A stretch of 64,000 nt of DNA from assembly GCA_028749205.1 (NCBI GenBank), contig JAQULR010000002.1, positions 59,644-123,643 of the forward strand, written 5' to 3'. Under the pieces are notes generated by a model. It saw only the letters and a program-made list of their open reading frames with translations, did not search any database and was not told the DNA's origin. The stretch is from Acidobacteriota bacterium (lineage in GTDB: Bacteria > Acidobacteriota > Aminicenantia > Aminicenantales > Saccharicenantaceae). The position numbers were made by a program, and so were the translations under genes. Of this stretch, positions 19,626 to 29,519 are shown in pieces; position 1 is the stretch's first letter, and every line of letters begins with the position of its first letter.

Positions 19626-21719
19626 TTATTCCTCTTCAGGCTTTACTCGGCCTTCTTTTATAGCCTCATTAATTATTTTCTGCTGGATCTGGGCAGGTAC
19701 TTCTTCATAATGAGAGAATTCCATTATAAAGGAGCCTCGGCCGCCAGTTATAGAAGTCAGAGTAGGCTCAAAATCGAGCATTTCTGCCATGGGCACCTGG
19801 GCTTTGAGAATTCTCATATTCCCTTTCTGCTCCATACCCTGAACCCGGCCGCGACGCCCGTTTAGCACTCCCATGATGTCACCCATATAAGTTTCTGGAG
19901 TGTATATCTCTACATTCATTACTGGTTCCAAGAGAGTGGGCTTGGCTTCCTTCATTCCTTTCTTAAAAGCCATCGAGGCCGCGATCTTGAAAGCTATATC
20001 AGAAGAGTCAACTTCATGGTAAGAGCCATCATATAGAATAACCTTAAAATCAACAACCGGATATCCAGCTAAGACCCCTTTTTTTCTGGCCTCCTGTATT
20101 CCCTTTTCAATAGAAGGAATAAAATTCTTGGGGATAGCTCCACCAAATATCTTATCTTCAAAGACAAAATCCTGGCCCCTCGATAAGGGTTCCATTTTGA
20201 TCTTGCAATCACCGTACTGACCGCGACCTCCGGTTTGTTTCTTATATTTGCCCTGGACGTCAGACCTACCCTTGATAGTTTCTCTGTAAGGTATTTTTGG
20301 AGGTTTCAGTTCCACATCAACGTTGAAACGTGTTTTAAGTTTCTCGGTAATTATTCGGACATGAAGTTCTCCATTCCCAGAGATTAAAAGCTGAGCCGTT
20401 TCCGGGTCTCTTTCAATTCTGACTGTAGGGTCTTCTTCTATAATCCGGTGGGTAGCCTGAGAAATCTTATCTTCATCTGCTCGGGTCTTGGGCTCGATGG
20501 CAAAGGAGATGGATGGTTCAGGGAATTTAATGGGCTCAAATTCGATTTCCGCTCCTTTGGCACAGAGAGTATCACCGGTTAAAGTGGATTTTAGCTTAGC
20601 TGTGGCCACAATATCGCCAGCCTTAGCTTCTCCTGCGGGAACCTGCTCCTTTCCCTGAAGGAAAAAGAGCCCGCCCAGCTTCTCATCACATTCCTTAGTA
20701 GTGTTGCTAACAGTAGCATCAGGGCTTATTTTTCCTGAGAAGATCCTCATCAAGGAAATCCGCCCAGTATACTGGTCAGAGAAAGTCTTGAAAACCAAGG
20801 CAGAAAAAGGCTCATTTTCTGTTAGCGGCAAATCCTTTTGCTCCCCTTTTATCTTGGCTTTTATCTGGCCTCTCTCAGCCGGCGAGGGCATAAAATTAAC
20901 CAGGGAATTCAGAATGATCTGGGTGCCAATATTTAGCAGGGCTGAAGCGGCATAAATAGGAAATAAGCGCTGTTCCTTAATACTCTTTCTCAGCCCCATT
21001 AGAAGGTCATCAGCATTCAGCTGACCCTGCTCAAAATATTTTTCCATAAGTTTTTCATCGTTTTCAGCTACTATTTCCACCAGCTGGATATATCTTTTCT
21101 CGGCCTCTTCTTTTAAGTTGTCCGGAATCTCGGTTTCCTTAAATTTTCCGCTTTCATCTTTCTCAAATAGATAAGCTTTCTTGTCTATTAGATCAACAAC
21201 ACCAGAAAAGTCTTTTTCTACTCCAATCGGAATCTGGACTGGTATAGCCTGCCGTCCAAAAAATTGCTGGATTTCCTCAACTGTTCGGCTAAAACTAGCA
21301 TTTTCCCGGTCAAGCTTGTTGATGACCATCATCCTCGGGAGCTTAAATTCCTCCAGCATATCCCAGACTTTCTCCGTACCCACTTCTACCCCAGACACTC
21401 CACAGACAACCACCAGAGCTGAATCAACTGCCCTGAGTGCCGCTCTGGTGTCCCAGAGAAAACTGCTGTATCCTGGTGTATCTATGATATTGATTTTATT
21501 ATCGTTCCATTGAACAAAGCAGGCAGCAGAATTAATAGATATTTTTCTTTCAATTTCTTCTAAAGAATAATCAGTAACGGTATTCCCTTTATCCACTTTG
21601 GTCAGCCGACTGGTCACTCCAGCATCAAATAGAATAGCCGCGGCTAAGGAAGTTTTACCACATGAACCATGACCAACCAAGGCCACATTCCTGAGTTTTT
21701 CTGGGCTATAATCTGACAT
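19626..21719 (-). CDS. elongation factor G paralog (EF-G-like GTPase with His-to-Tyr in DTPGH motif)
   Basis: 697 aa with all five EF-G domains alignable; G1 GHGSCGKTS, G3 IIDTPGY (canonical DTPGH), G4 NKLD, G5 SAL. Confidence 0.85.
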   Translation of the reverse strand: MSDYSPEKLRNVALVGHGSCGKTSLAAAILFDAGVTSRLTKVDKGNTVTDYSLEEIERKISINSAACFVQWNDNKINIIDTPGYSSFLWDTRAALRAVDSALVVVCGVSGVEVGTEKVWDMLEEFKLPRMMVINKLDRENASFSRTVEEIQQFFGRQAIPVQIPIGVEKDFSGVVDLIDKKAYLFEKDESGKFKETEIPDNLKEEAEKRYIQLVEIVAENDEKLMEKYFEQGQLNADDLLMGLRKSIKEQRLFPIYAASALLNIGTQIILNSLVNFMPSPAERGQIKAKIKGEQKDLPLTENEPFSALVFKTFSDQYTGRISLMRIFSGKISPDATVSNTTKECDEKLGGLFFLQGKEQVPAGEAKAGDIVATAKLKSTLTGDTLCAKGAEIEFEPIKFPEPSISFAIEPKTRADEDKISQATHRIIEEDPTVRIERDPETAQLLISGNGELHVRIITEKLKTRFNVDVELKPPKIPYRETIKGRSDVQGKYKKQTGGRGQYGDCKIKMEPLSRGQDFVFEDKIFGGAIPKNFIPSIEKGIQEARKKGVLAGYPVVDFKVILYDGSYHEVDSSDIAFKIAASMAFKKGMKEAKPTLLEPVMNVEIYTPETYMGDIMGVLNGRRGRVQGMEQKGNMRILKAQVPMAEMLDFEPTLTSITGGRGSFIMEFSHYEEVPAQIQQKIINEAIKEGRVKPEEE

Positions 21720-21822
21720 CTTTGTTCCTCCATCACTACTTTTTGTAAAGCCAAGAAAGAATTGCTTGAAAAGGCAGCTTTTATATAATAATAGAAAAAT
21801 CTGATTTACTCAAGATAACCGG

Positions 21823-22746
21823 TCAATTTTTTCGGGACCTTTCTTTTTTAAGCCAGGCCAACAGGTCTGCTGGCAGAGGGCTTTCAAATTCCACTTCCTG
21901 ACCAGATGCCGGGTGCTGGAAGGATAATCTCCAGGCATGGAGGAAAAGTCGTGGACATCCCACCGGATGCCTTTTATTTGAGCGGCCGTAGCGTCTATCC
22001 CCGACAATAGGATGACCGGTAGCCGACAGGTGGACTCTAAGCTGATGAGTTCGGCCAGTTATTGGATTTAAGGCCAAAAAACTGCTATTTTTGAATTCTT
22101 CCAATACCTCATAGTGCGTAAGGGCTATCCTGGGCTTTCTGGTGCTGACTGAAATTTTTTCTCTATGGCGAAGGTGTCTTCCTAAAGGTAAGTCGATCAG
22201 CCCTTTTTTCTCTTTAAATTTTCCCACGGCCAGAGCTAAATAGATTTTTTTTACCCGGCGGTCTTCAAACTGCTGGCGAAGTGACTGATAGGCTGGCTGA
22301 GTTCTTGCTATAATTAGCAGTCCCGAAGTATCTTTATCAAGGCGGTGCACAATACCTGGCCTGTCCGGTGAACCCACCGAAGCTATTTCCGGATAATAAT
22401 ACAGAAGACCGTGAACCAGAGTGCCGGTTCTAATTCCAGCTCCGGGGTGAACTACCAGTCCGTCTGGTTTGTTGATTATCAAAATCTGGGCATCTTCATA
22501 AAGAACTTCTAATTTTACCATCTCTGGTTTTAGTTGGCTTTCAGGCTGCTTCCAGATTCTAACTTCAATTAAATCCCCCCGTCTCAGCTTGTATCCTGGT
22601 TTTGAAAGCTGTTTATTCACCAGAATTTCACCCTCTTCTATGGCCCTCTGGATTTGAGTCCGGGTAAAACTCAGTAACCTGGATTTAAGGAATAGGTCAA
22701 GTCTCTCGTTATCGGCCCTATCTATTAGGAATTTTTTTTCAATCAC
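21823..22746 (-). CDS. rluD: RluA-family 23S rRNA pseudouridine synthase (RluD-like)
   Basis: N-terminal S4 domain; HRLDKDTSGLLIIA catalytic motif; 8-nt overlap with lgt. Confidence 0.85.
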   Translation of the reverse strand: MIEKKFLIDRADNERLDLFLKSRLLSFTRTQIQRAIEEGEILVNKQLSKPGYKLRRGDLIEVRIWKQPESQLKPEMVKLEVLYEDAQILIINKPDGLVVHPGAGIRTGTLVHGLLYYYPEIASVGSPDRPGIVHRLDKDTSGLLIIARTQPAYQSLRQQFEDRRVKKIYLALAVGKFKEKKGLIDLPLGRHLRHREKISVSTRKPRIALTHYEVLEEFKNSSFLALNPITGRTHQLRVHLSATGHPIVGDRRYGRSNKRHPVGCPRLFLHAWRLSFQHPASGQEVEFESPLPADLLAWLKKERSRKN

Positions 22747-23536
22747 TTTTTCTTTTTTTTAATACCAGGTACAAAATAAGACCTGCAGCCAGCCCAACTA
22801 AACAGTAAAATTGAGATAAGGACAAGCTACTGAAGGCTGTCTGCCCCCGAATAAGATAATCCTGAAGGTCATGGTCTCCCCGGAAAAACTCAGTGAAAAA
22901 ACGGATTATCGAATAGTTAATTACATAGAAACAAAAAACCTGACCGGAGAATTTTCTTTTTTTTAAGATGGCTACAAGAATCAAAAAATTTAGAAAATTC
23001 AGGGCAGATTCATAGAGCTGTACCGGGTGTAGAGGAATATTAAGTGGAATACCTGTCAGGCCATGGGCATATTCATTTTGGAAAACTACCGCCCAGGGTT
23101 GAAGACATTCTCGGCCATAACAGCAGCCTGCTGAAAAGCAACCGAGACGGCCAAAGCCATGCCCCAAAGCTATCGCTGGGCCCACCAGGTCAGCAGTTGG
23201 CCACAAAGGGATTTTTTTCTTTCGAAAATAGATTATGGCAAAAATTAAGCCGAAGGTCAGGCCACCCTGGAAAACTCCACCTGACCTGATCAGGGAAAGT
23301 AGCTCCCCCGGATTCTCCAGATAATAGGTTAAATTAGCAAAGAACAGAGTTAATTTTGCCCCAAGAAGAGAAACCAGAATTATCCAGAAGGCAGCATCCA
23401 GCAATTTCCCGGTCTCATATCCTTGTTTTTTTGCCTGGGCATATAAAAACCAGATAGCAGCCCCTACTCCTACCGCCATAAAAAAACCATAGGTGTGAAC
23501 TGTAATCGGACCTATTCGGAAGAGGATTGGGTGCAT
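22739..23536 (-). CDS. lgt: prolipoprotein diacylglyceryl transferase
   Basis: MHPILFRIGPITVHTYGFFMAVG Lgt signature N-terminus, polytopic; adjacent to lspA. Confidence 0.9.
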   Translation of the reverse strand: MHPILFRIGPITVHTYGFFMAVGVGAAIWFLYAQAKKQGYETGKLLDAAFWIILVSLLGAKLTLFFANLTYYLENPGELLSLIRSGGVFQGGLTFGLIFAIIYFRKKKIPLWPTADLVGPAIALGHGFGRLGCFSAGCCYGRECLQPWAVVFQNEYAHGLTGIPLNIPLHPVQLYESALNFLNFLILVAILKKRKFSGQVFCFYVINYSIIRFFTEFFRGDHDLQDYLIRGQTAFSSLSLSQFYCLVGLAAGLILYLVLKKRKSD

Positions 23537-24018
23537 TTTTTCTGACTCCTAAAAACGGAAATAATCAGAATTATAGCCCCTATAGTAATGCAACTATCGG
23601 CTATATTAAAAAAAGGCCAGTGAAAACTACCTACATAAAAATCAATAAAATCAATTACATAACCTCTGATGAGCCGATCGGCGATGTTGCCCATAGCACC
23701 GCTGATAATCAGGGCAAAAGATATTCTTGTCAAAATCATTTCTTTAGGTGTCTTAAGGAAATAATAAGTAATTATGGCAAAGGCCAGGAGGGCTCCAACA
23801 TTCAAGAAGATCAGAGCCAGAGGATTGCTGGTAGTGCTGAGAAAACCAAAAATTGCTCCGCGGTTATGAACCCTGGTCAGATTAAAAAATCCGGGAATGA
23901 TCTGGACTACTTCGTAAAGGCTCAAAGATCTGGCTATTAGATATTTGGTCAGCTGGTCCAGAAACAGCCAGAAAAATATAAAGGCAAAATAAAAAACATT
24001 CTTCTTGGTCACTTTCAT
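23512..24018 (-). CDS. lspA: lipoprotein signal peptidase II
   Basis: NRGAIFGF and FNIADSCITIG motifs; 168 aa; 4-nt overlap with ileS. Confidence 0.9.
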   Translation of the reverse strand: MKVTKKNVFYFAFIFFWLFLDQLTKYLIARSLSLYEVVQIIPGFFNLTRVHNRGAIFGFLSTTSNPLALIFLNVGALLAFAIITYYFLKTPKEMILTRISFALIISGAMGNIADRLIRGYVIDFIDFYVGSFHWPFFNIADSCITIGAIILIISVFRSQKKCTQSSSE

Positions 24019-26804
24019 CTTAAATGTAATTCATCTTTCAGAACCTGGCCACAGCGGGCGCAGACTTCCGGATTATCTGGGTCCTGACCTACACTGGCCG
24101 AGAAATTCCAGCAGCGCTGGCATTTCTGGCCCTCTGCTCGGGTAACAGTCACCGATAGGTTGCTTCCTTCTGCCGACTCAACCTGGACCTCTGAGGCAAT
24201 AAAGATGGTGGTTAAATCTTCTCTAAATTCATCCAGCAGGTCAAAAAGCTCATCTGGAGCCTTAAACATGAGACAGGCTTCCAAAGAATTACCTATCAAT
24301 CTGGTTTCCCTGGCTTTTTCCATTTCTTTCTGAACCAGTTCCCTGACCTCCAACAGCCGATCGACCTTTTTCATAAAGTCTGAAGGTAGCCACAACTGGT
24401 TATCTTCTGGAAAATAACCCAAATGAACTGAATCTTCTTTTCCCTGGAAACTGGGCATATTCTCCCAAACCTCATCAGCGGTGAAGGGTAGAATAGGTGC
24501 CATGAGCTTTATGGTGGTCTCCAGGACTTTGAATATAGCTGTCTGGCCAGAACGGCGGATGGTAGAGCAGGGACCAGAACAGTACATTCGATCCTTGATT
24601 ACATCTAAGTAAAAAGAACTCAGATCAACCGTAAAAAAATTGTAAAGAGAATGAAAGACAATGTGAAATTCGTAATCATCGTAAGCCTTGATAACTCGCT
24701 GCTGTACCTGGCGGCTTTTTTCCAGAATCCAGCGGTCAAGCCAGTGTAATCCCTCTGGTCTAATACTATCTGTATCTGGATTAAAATCATAAAGGTTTCC
24801 CAGCAAAAATCGCCAGGTGTTGCGGATCTTCCGGTAGGCCTCTATCAGCCTCTGAAGAATTTCTTGACCAAAACGAGCATCTTCCTTATAGTTCAGCATG
24901 GCCACCCACAGTCTCAGGATCTCAGCACCATGTTGAGAAATGATCTCTGTAGGTTCAATTACATTACCGAGGGATTTAGACATAGCCCTTCCCTGCTCGT
25001 CAAGGACAAAACCATGGGTTAAGCAGGTCTGGTAAGGTGAACCATTTCTGGCCCCAACCCCAATGACCAGAGAGCTGTTAAACCAGCCCCGATACTGATC
25101 ATGGCCTTCAACATAAATATCTGACGGCCAGGGTAATTCAGGTCTCTTCCCAAGAATACCATGGCTGGCACCTGATTCGAACCAAACATCAAGGATATTA
25201 TGTTCTTTCTGGAAGTTAGAGCCCCCACACTGAGGACATTTCTGCTCGGGCGGCAGAAGCTCTGATACAGATTTTTCAAACCAGGCCCTGGAACCGTATT
25301 CTTCGAAAATATCAGCTACCCGCCTGGTAATCTCCCCGTCAGCCAGGATATAGCCGCAGGTTTGGCAGTAAAAAGCCGGAATAGGCACACCCCAGGACCT
25401 CTGTCTGGAAATACACCAGTCCGGGCGGCTTTGCATCATGTTGGTGATTCTTTCTTCTCCCCAGTAAGGGATCCATCTTATCTTTTTTATTTCTTCGAGC
25501 ACCCGTTGTCGCAACTGGTTTTTGTCCATAGAGATAAACCACTGTTCGGTTGCTCGAAATATTACCGGGCGCTTACATCTCCAGCAGTGAGGATAAGAAT
25601 GGCTGACTTCAGCTTTCTTGAGTAGAGTGCCATCTTTTTCCATATCCTCAATTATTCTGGGGTTGGCTTCAAAAACATTAAGACCGGCATATCTTTCTAC
25701 CTGGGCTAGAAATCTTCCAGCTTCATCCACCGGAGTATAAACATCGAGACCATAGGCTATCCCGGTCAGATAATCTTCATAGCCGTGGCCAGGAGCTGTG
25801 TGAACACAACCTGTTCCATCTTCCAGAGTAACATAATCTGCCAGGACCAAAACCGACTCTCGATCGATGAATGGATGTCGAGCTTTCAGCCCTTCCAGAT
25901 CTCGACCCGGGAAAACGGCCAGTTCCTTATATTGTTCCCATCCAAACTCTTCCGCTATTACCGGCAACAACCTTCTGGCCATGATATAAACTTCCCCTGC
26001 CGACTCGGCAGCCACATACTCATAATCAGGATGAACGGCAATAGCCAGGTTGGCCGGAAGAGTCCAGGGAGTAGTTGTCCAGATTATGATTGAAATTTTT
26101 TTCCCCTGGAGCTGTGGAATTCTCTCTGTCAGGTCAGAAATTAAGGGAAATTTTATATAGATTGAAGGCGAGGTTTTTTCTTTATATTCAATTTCTGCTT
26201 CAGCTAAAGCAGTCTGGCAGTTCAGGCACCAGTGGACCGGCCTTTTGCCTTTATAAATATTACCCGATTCAAAGAAGGCCGCCAGAAACCTCAGGACCTC
26301 TGCTTCATACCCAGGATTCATAGTTAAATATGGCTTTTCCCATTCACCAAAGACACCCAGGCGGATGAATTCTTCTTTCTGAATATCAATAAACTTCAAA
26401 GCGTATTGGCGGCATTCTTCTCTTATTTCAATTACAGAAAGCTCTTTCTTTTTTTCACCCAAAAGCTGATCAACCCTGATTTCAATTGGCAGGCCATGGC
26501 AATCCCAGCCAGGAACGTAAAGGGAAAGGTAGCCTTTCATCGTTCTGGATTTGATAATAAAATCTTTCAGGATCTTGTTCAAAGCAGTTCCCAGATGGAT
26601 GTGCCCATTGGCATATGGTGGCCCATCATGGAGCACATAGGTTGGTCGCCCCTTCCGGCTTTTTATAATCCTTTCATAGAGATTAGTCCTGGTCCACTTT
26701 TCGATTATTTCTGGTTCCCTCTGAGCCAGCTTAGCCTTCATGGGAAATGAAGTCTGGGGCAAATTTAAGGTCTTTTTCAGATCAAGTTGTTCTGACATAA
26801 GCAA
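24015..26804 (-). CDS. ileS: isoleucyl-tRNA synthetase
   Basis: PPYANGHIHLGTALNK (HIGH) and KMSKSLGN motifs, C-terminal zinc-finger cysteines; 929 aa. Confidence 0.95.
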   Translation of the reverse strand: MLMSEQLDLKKTLNLPQTSFPMKAKLAQREPEIIEKWTRTNLYERIIKSRKGRPTYVLHDGPPYANGHIHLGTALNKILKDFIIKSRTMKGYLSLYVPGWDCHGLPIEIRVDQLLGEKKKELSVIEIREECRQYALKFIDIQKEEFIRLGVFGEWEKPYLTMNPGYEAEVLRFLAAFFESGNIYKGKRPVHWCLNCQTALAEAEIEYKEKTSPSIYIKFPLISDLTERIPQLQGKKISIIIWTTTPWTLPANLAIAVHPDYEYVAAESAGEVYIMARRLLPVIAEEFGWEQYKELAVFPGRDLEGLKARHPFIDRESVLVLADYVTLEDGTGCVHTAPGHGYEDYLTGIAYGLDVYTPVDEAGRFLAQVERYAGLNVFEANPRIIEDMEKDGTLLKKAEVSHSYPHCWRCKRPVIFRATEQWFISMDKNQLRQRVLEEIKKIRWIPYWGEERITNMMQSRPDWCISRQRSWGVPIPAFYCQTCGYILADGEITRRVADIFEEYGSRAWFEKSVSELLPPEQKCPQCGGSNFQKEHNILDVWFESGASHGILGKRPELPWPSDIYVEGHDQYRGWFNSSLVIGVGARNGSPYQTCLTHGFVLDEQGRAMSKSLGNVIEPTEIISQHGAEILRLWVAMLNYKEDARFGQEILQRLIEAYRKIRNTWRFLLGNLYDFNPDTDSIRPEGLHWLDRWILEKSRQVQQRVIKAYDDYEFHIVFHSLYNFFTVDLSSFYLDVIKDRMYCSGPCSTIRRSGQTAIFKVLETTIKLMAPILPFTADEVWENMPSFQGKEDSVHLGYFPEDNQLWLPSDFMKKVDRLLEVRELVQKEMEKARETRLIGNSLEACLMFKAPDELFDLLDEFREDLTTIFIASEVQVESAEGSNLSVTVTRAEGQKCQRCWNFSASVGQDPDNPEVCARCGQVLKDELHLR

Positions 26805-26840
26805 TCTCCACTTTGTTAATTAACTTGCCTCTTTTCCTTA

Positions 26841-26865
26841 CCCGATAGATTACTCTCGAGAAATC
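26841..26865 (+). repeat. intergenic repeat family, 3' module only
   Basis: CCCGATAGATTACTCTCGAGAAATC matches the TGATAGATTATTCTCGGGGAAA part; upstream of ileS. Confidence 0.4.
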
Positions 26866-26937
26866 TGTTAATCAACTTAATACTTATTATTAAAGAGGTT
26901 ATTCTAATCTGCAACCGACAAAAGTCAAATTTTCGCT

Positions 26938-28521
26938 TTAATCCTGGCGATAGTGGCAGCCATGGCTTTCAGGATTACCCAGAGCAGCATAAGTTATCAT
27001 CAAGGCAACCTGTAGGCCATGCCTGAGATCGACTATCTCCGGATTCATAGGGGCTTCCTGGTAAAACTTGTCGATTCTATGTTTCAAATACTCCAGGTCG
27101 GCTTTGGCTCTCTCGAGACGTTTGCTGGTTCTGATGATGCCAGCATAATTCCACATGGTGCTTCTGATGGTTGCCCAATCCTGATAAATCAGAGCCGGGT
27201 CAATCCTTTCCTCCCCATTAGGATAGTACCAGGGATGAATCTTACCTGGATCATAAGGCAGTCCTGGTTCAAATTTTGTGGAAATACTTTTAGCAGTCCT
27301 GATCCCCCAGACCAACCCCTCTAAAAGGGAAGTTGAAGCCAGCCGATTGGCTCCATGAACTCCGGTACAGGCTACTTCACCTACCGCATATAAACCTTTT
27401 AAGGAGGTCTGTCCCCAAAGGTCGGTCAAAACACCCCCACAGCAGAAATGAGCCGCTGGGACTACCGGAATTGGCTCCTTAGTGATGTCAATGCCATACT
27501 CCAGGCAGGTTTTATAGATGTAAGGGAATCTTTTCTTAATATTCATCTTAGCATAGCTAGCCAGATCCAGTAGAACAAAGCTGGTATTGGTGTTAATCAT
27601 TTCCTGATAGATAGCTCTGGTCACTTCGTCTCTTGGAGCCAATTCTCTCTGAGGAGTGTATTTTTCCATAAAAGTCCGGCCATCAGTAGTTTTAAGTCTG
27701 GCCCCTTCGCCTCTTACCGATTCAGAAATTAGAAATCCATCAGCTTCTCTAGTAAAAAGCAGAGTCGGGTGAAATTGAATGTATTCCATATTGACTATTC
27801 TGGCTCCAGCTCTGAGAGCCATGGCATAACCCGACCCGATGGTTGATCGCGGGTTAGAAGTAAACTGATAGACAGCACTGCAACCCCCTGTAGCCAGGAC
27901 AGTATACCCCGCCAGAAACTTTTTAACCCTACCAGTTTGGTTATCAAGAACATAGGCTCCGACACAGCGAGGTTCCTGGTAGTAGCTCAGCGGATCTGTA
28001 GAATGGTGGGGCACGGTCAGCAAGTCAACTGCAGTGTGGTTAAAATATAAGTGAACAGAGGGAATTTGTCTGAGTCTGTCGTAAAAGGCCGAGGCAACAG
28101 TCTTGCCAGTAGCATCGGCCACATGGAGAATTCTTCTTCTCGAATGACCACCTTCCAGAGCATAATCTAGCTTTTCTGGTGAAGACCTGGCAAAAGGCAC
28201 TTTAAGGTCATTAATTAAAACCTCGTCGACAGCTTTTTTCCCTTCTTCTACCAACAACTCTACTGACTCTGGATTATTTATCCGGTCACCAGCCTTCAGA
28301 ATATCTTCTTTCAGCAGGGCTGGTTCGTCATCGTCACCAAAAGAAACTATTCCACCTTGGGCCCAATAGGTATTAGAACCCTCAATGTTAGAAGATTTTA
28401 TTACCAGGTTTACCTGGAGACCACGCCGAGCGGCTTCCAGAGCAACAGTAGCTCCAGCAATTCCACAACCGATAATGAGAACGTCAGAATAAAGCTCTTC
28501 CTGGATGGTTTTTTTAGTCAT
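26938..28521 (-). CDS. nadB: L-aspartate oxidase
   Basis: FAD-binding LIIGCGIAGATVALEAA N-terminus, fumarate-reductase/succinate-DH flavoprotein family; 527 aa; directly upstream of nadC. Confidence 0.85.
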   Translation of the reverse strand: MTKKTIQEELYSDVLIIGCGIAGATVALEAARRGLQVNLVIKSSNIEGSNTYWAQGGIVSFGDDDEPALLKEDILKAGDRINNPESVELLVEEGKKAVDEVLINDLKVPFARSSPEKLDYALEGGHSRRRILHVADATGKTVASAFYDRLRQIPSVHLYFNHTAVDLLTVPHHSTDPLSYYQEPRCVGAYVLDNQTGRVKKFLAGYTVLATGGCSAVYQFTSNPRSTIGSGYAMALRAGARIVNMEYIQFHPTLLFTREADGFLISESVRGEGARLKTTDGRTFMEKYTPQRELAPRDEVTRAIYQEMINTNTSFVLLDLASYAKMNIKKRFPYIYKTCLEYGIDITKEPIPVVPAAHFCCGGVLTDLWGQTSLKGLYAVGEVACTGVHGANRLASTSLLEGLVWGIRTAKSISTKFEPGLPYDPGKIHPWYYPNGEERIDPALIYQDWATIRSTMWNYAGIIRTSKRLERAKADLEYLKHRIDKFYQEAPMNPEIVDLRHGLQVALMITYAALGNPESHGCHYRQD

Positions 28522-28530
28522 TTTGATTTC

Positions 28531-29376
28531 TCAAAGAAATTCTAAGGAAATGTCTGCTGATTTAAAGGAATGGGTCAGGGCCCCTACTGAGATAAAATCT
28601 ACTCCGGTAAGCGCTAGAGCTTTAACAGTCCGTAAATTGACTTTTCCAGAAACTTCTAAAAGAACTCTCCCGGCAACCAGTTCAACTGCGGCCTTAATTT
28701 CATTAAGCGACATATTATCCAGCATGATCCAGTCAGCAGTGCCGATTCTTAAGGCCTCTCTAACCTCATCCAGTGAAGCCGCCTCAACTTCAATTTTGAG
28801 ATCAGATCTCCCAGTAGCCTGGAGATATTCTTTAGCTTTTCTTAGGGCCGCTTCTAACCCTCCAGCAATTCTAATATGGTTATCCTTAATCAGTATCATA
28901 TCAGACAGGCTCAGGCGGTGGTTGTGACCTCCTCCCATTTTGACGGCATACTTTTCTAGCTGTCGCCAGCCCGGAGTAGTTTTTCTGGTATCCAGAATTC
29001 TGGCTCTGGTACCTTTGATTTCGTCGACAAATGACTTAGTCAAGGTAGCAATTCCTGAAAGTCGCTGTAAAAAATTCAAGGCAGTCCTTTCAGCAGTAAG
29101 AATAGAAGCTGCCGGCCCCGCAAGCTCTGCCAGAATCTGGCCATCCTGAAATTCGTGGCCATCTTCCATCTTTTTCTTAAATATTATTTTTGGCTCCAGT
29201 CTGGCAAAAACTCTGGCGGCGATATCAACTCCGGCCAGAATTCCCGCCTGTTTGGCTAATAAAACAGCTTCAGCTGGAACCGCCGCTCCAACTATTGCTT
29301 CAGTGGTCAAATCGCCAGAAGGTAAGTCTTCACTTAAAGCCAGGTCAATTAAATGATCAACTTTTTCCCAGTCCAT
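28531..29376 (-). CDS. nadC: nicotinate-nucleotide pyrophosphorylase (quinolinate phosphoribosyltransferase)
   Basis: 281 aa QPRTase-family sequence (DWEKVDHLIDLALSEDLPSGDLTT...) in nadB-nadC arrangement. Confidence 0.9.
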   Translation of the reverse strand: MDWEKVDHLIDLALSEDLPSGDLTTEAIVGAAVPAEAVLLAKQAGILAGVDIAARVFARLEPKIIFKKKMEDGHEFQDGQILAELAGPAASILTAERTALNFLQRLSGIATLTKSFVDEIKGTRARILDTRKTTPGWRQLEKYAVKMGGGHNHRLSLSDMILIKDNHIRIAGGLEAALRKAKEYLQATGRSDLKIEVEAASLDEVREALRIGTADWIMLDNMSLNEIKAAVELVAGRVLLEVSGKVNLRTVKALALTGVDFISVGALTHSFKSADISLEFL

Positions 29377-29453
29377 GATAGATGATTATAGGAATTCGAC
29401 TCGGGCAGGTCAACTTGATTTTATTGAGCCTATCAGATAATCATGGCTGAGAT

Positions 29454-29487
29454 ATTGCCAAATTGGCAATTTTGTGCCAAAATTGCC
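29454..29487. promoter_or_regulatory. overlapping perfect palindromes built from TTGCCAA/TTGGCAA half-sites (candidate operator, nadC-tldD divergent region)
   Basis: ATTGCCAAATTGGCAAT (17-nt perfect palindrome) overlapping GGCAATTTT-GTGCC-AAAATTGCC; 33 nt upstream of tldD start. Confidence 0.4.
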
Positions 29488-29519
29488 TTTAAATTTTCCC
29501 AGGGCAAAGGCTAATCAAA

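Noticed and set aside
29461-29480. Sigma-54 (-24/-12) promoter in the nadC-tldD region (TTGGCAATTTTGTGCC)
   Set aside because: GG-to-GC spacing is one short of TGGCAC-N5-TTGCA and the -12 element is TGCC rather than TTGCA. It is better explained as part of the palindromic half-site array.
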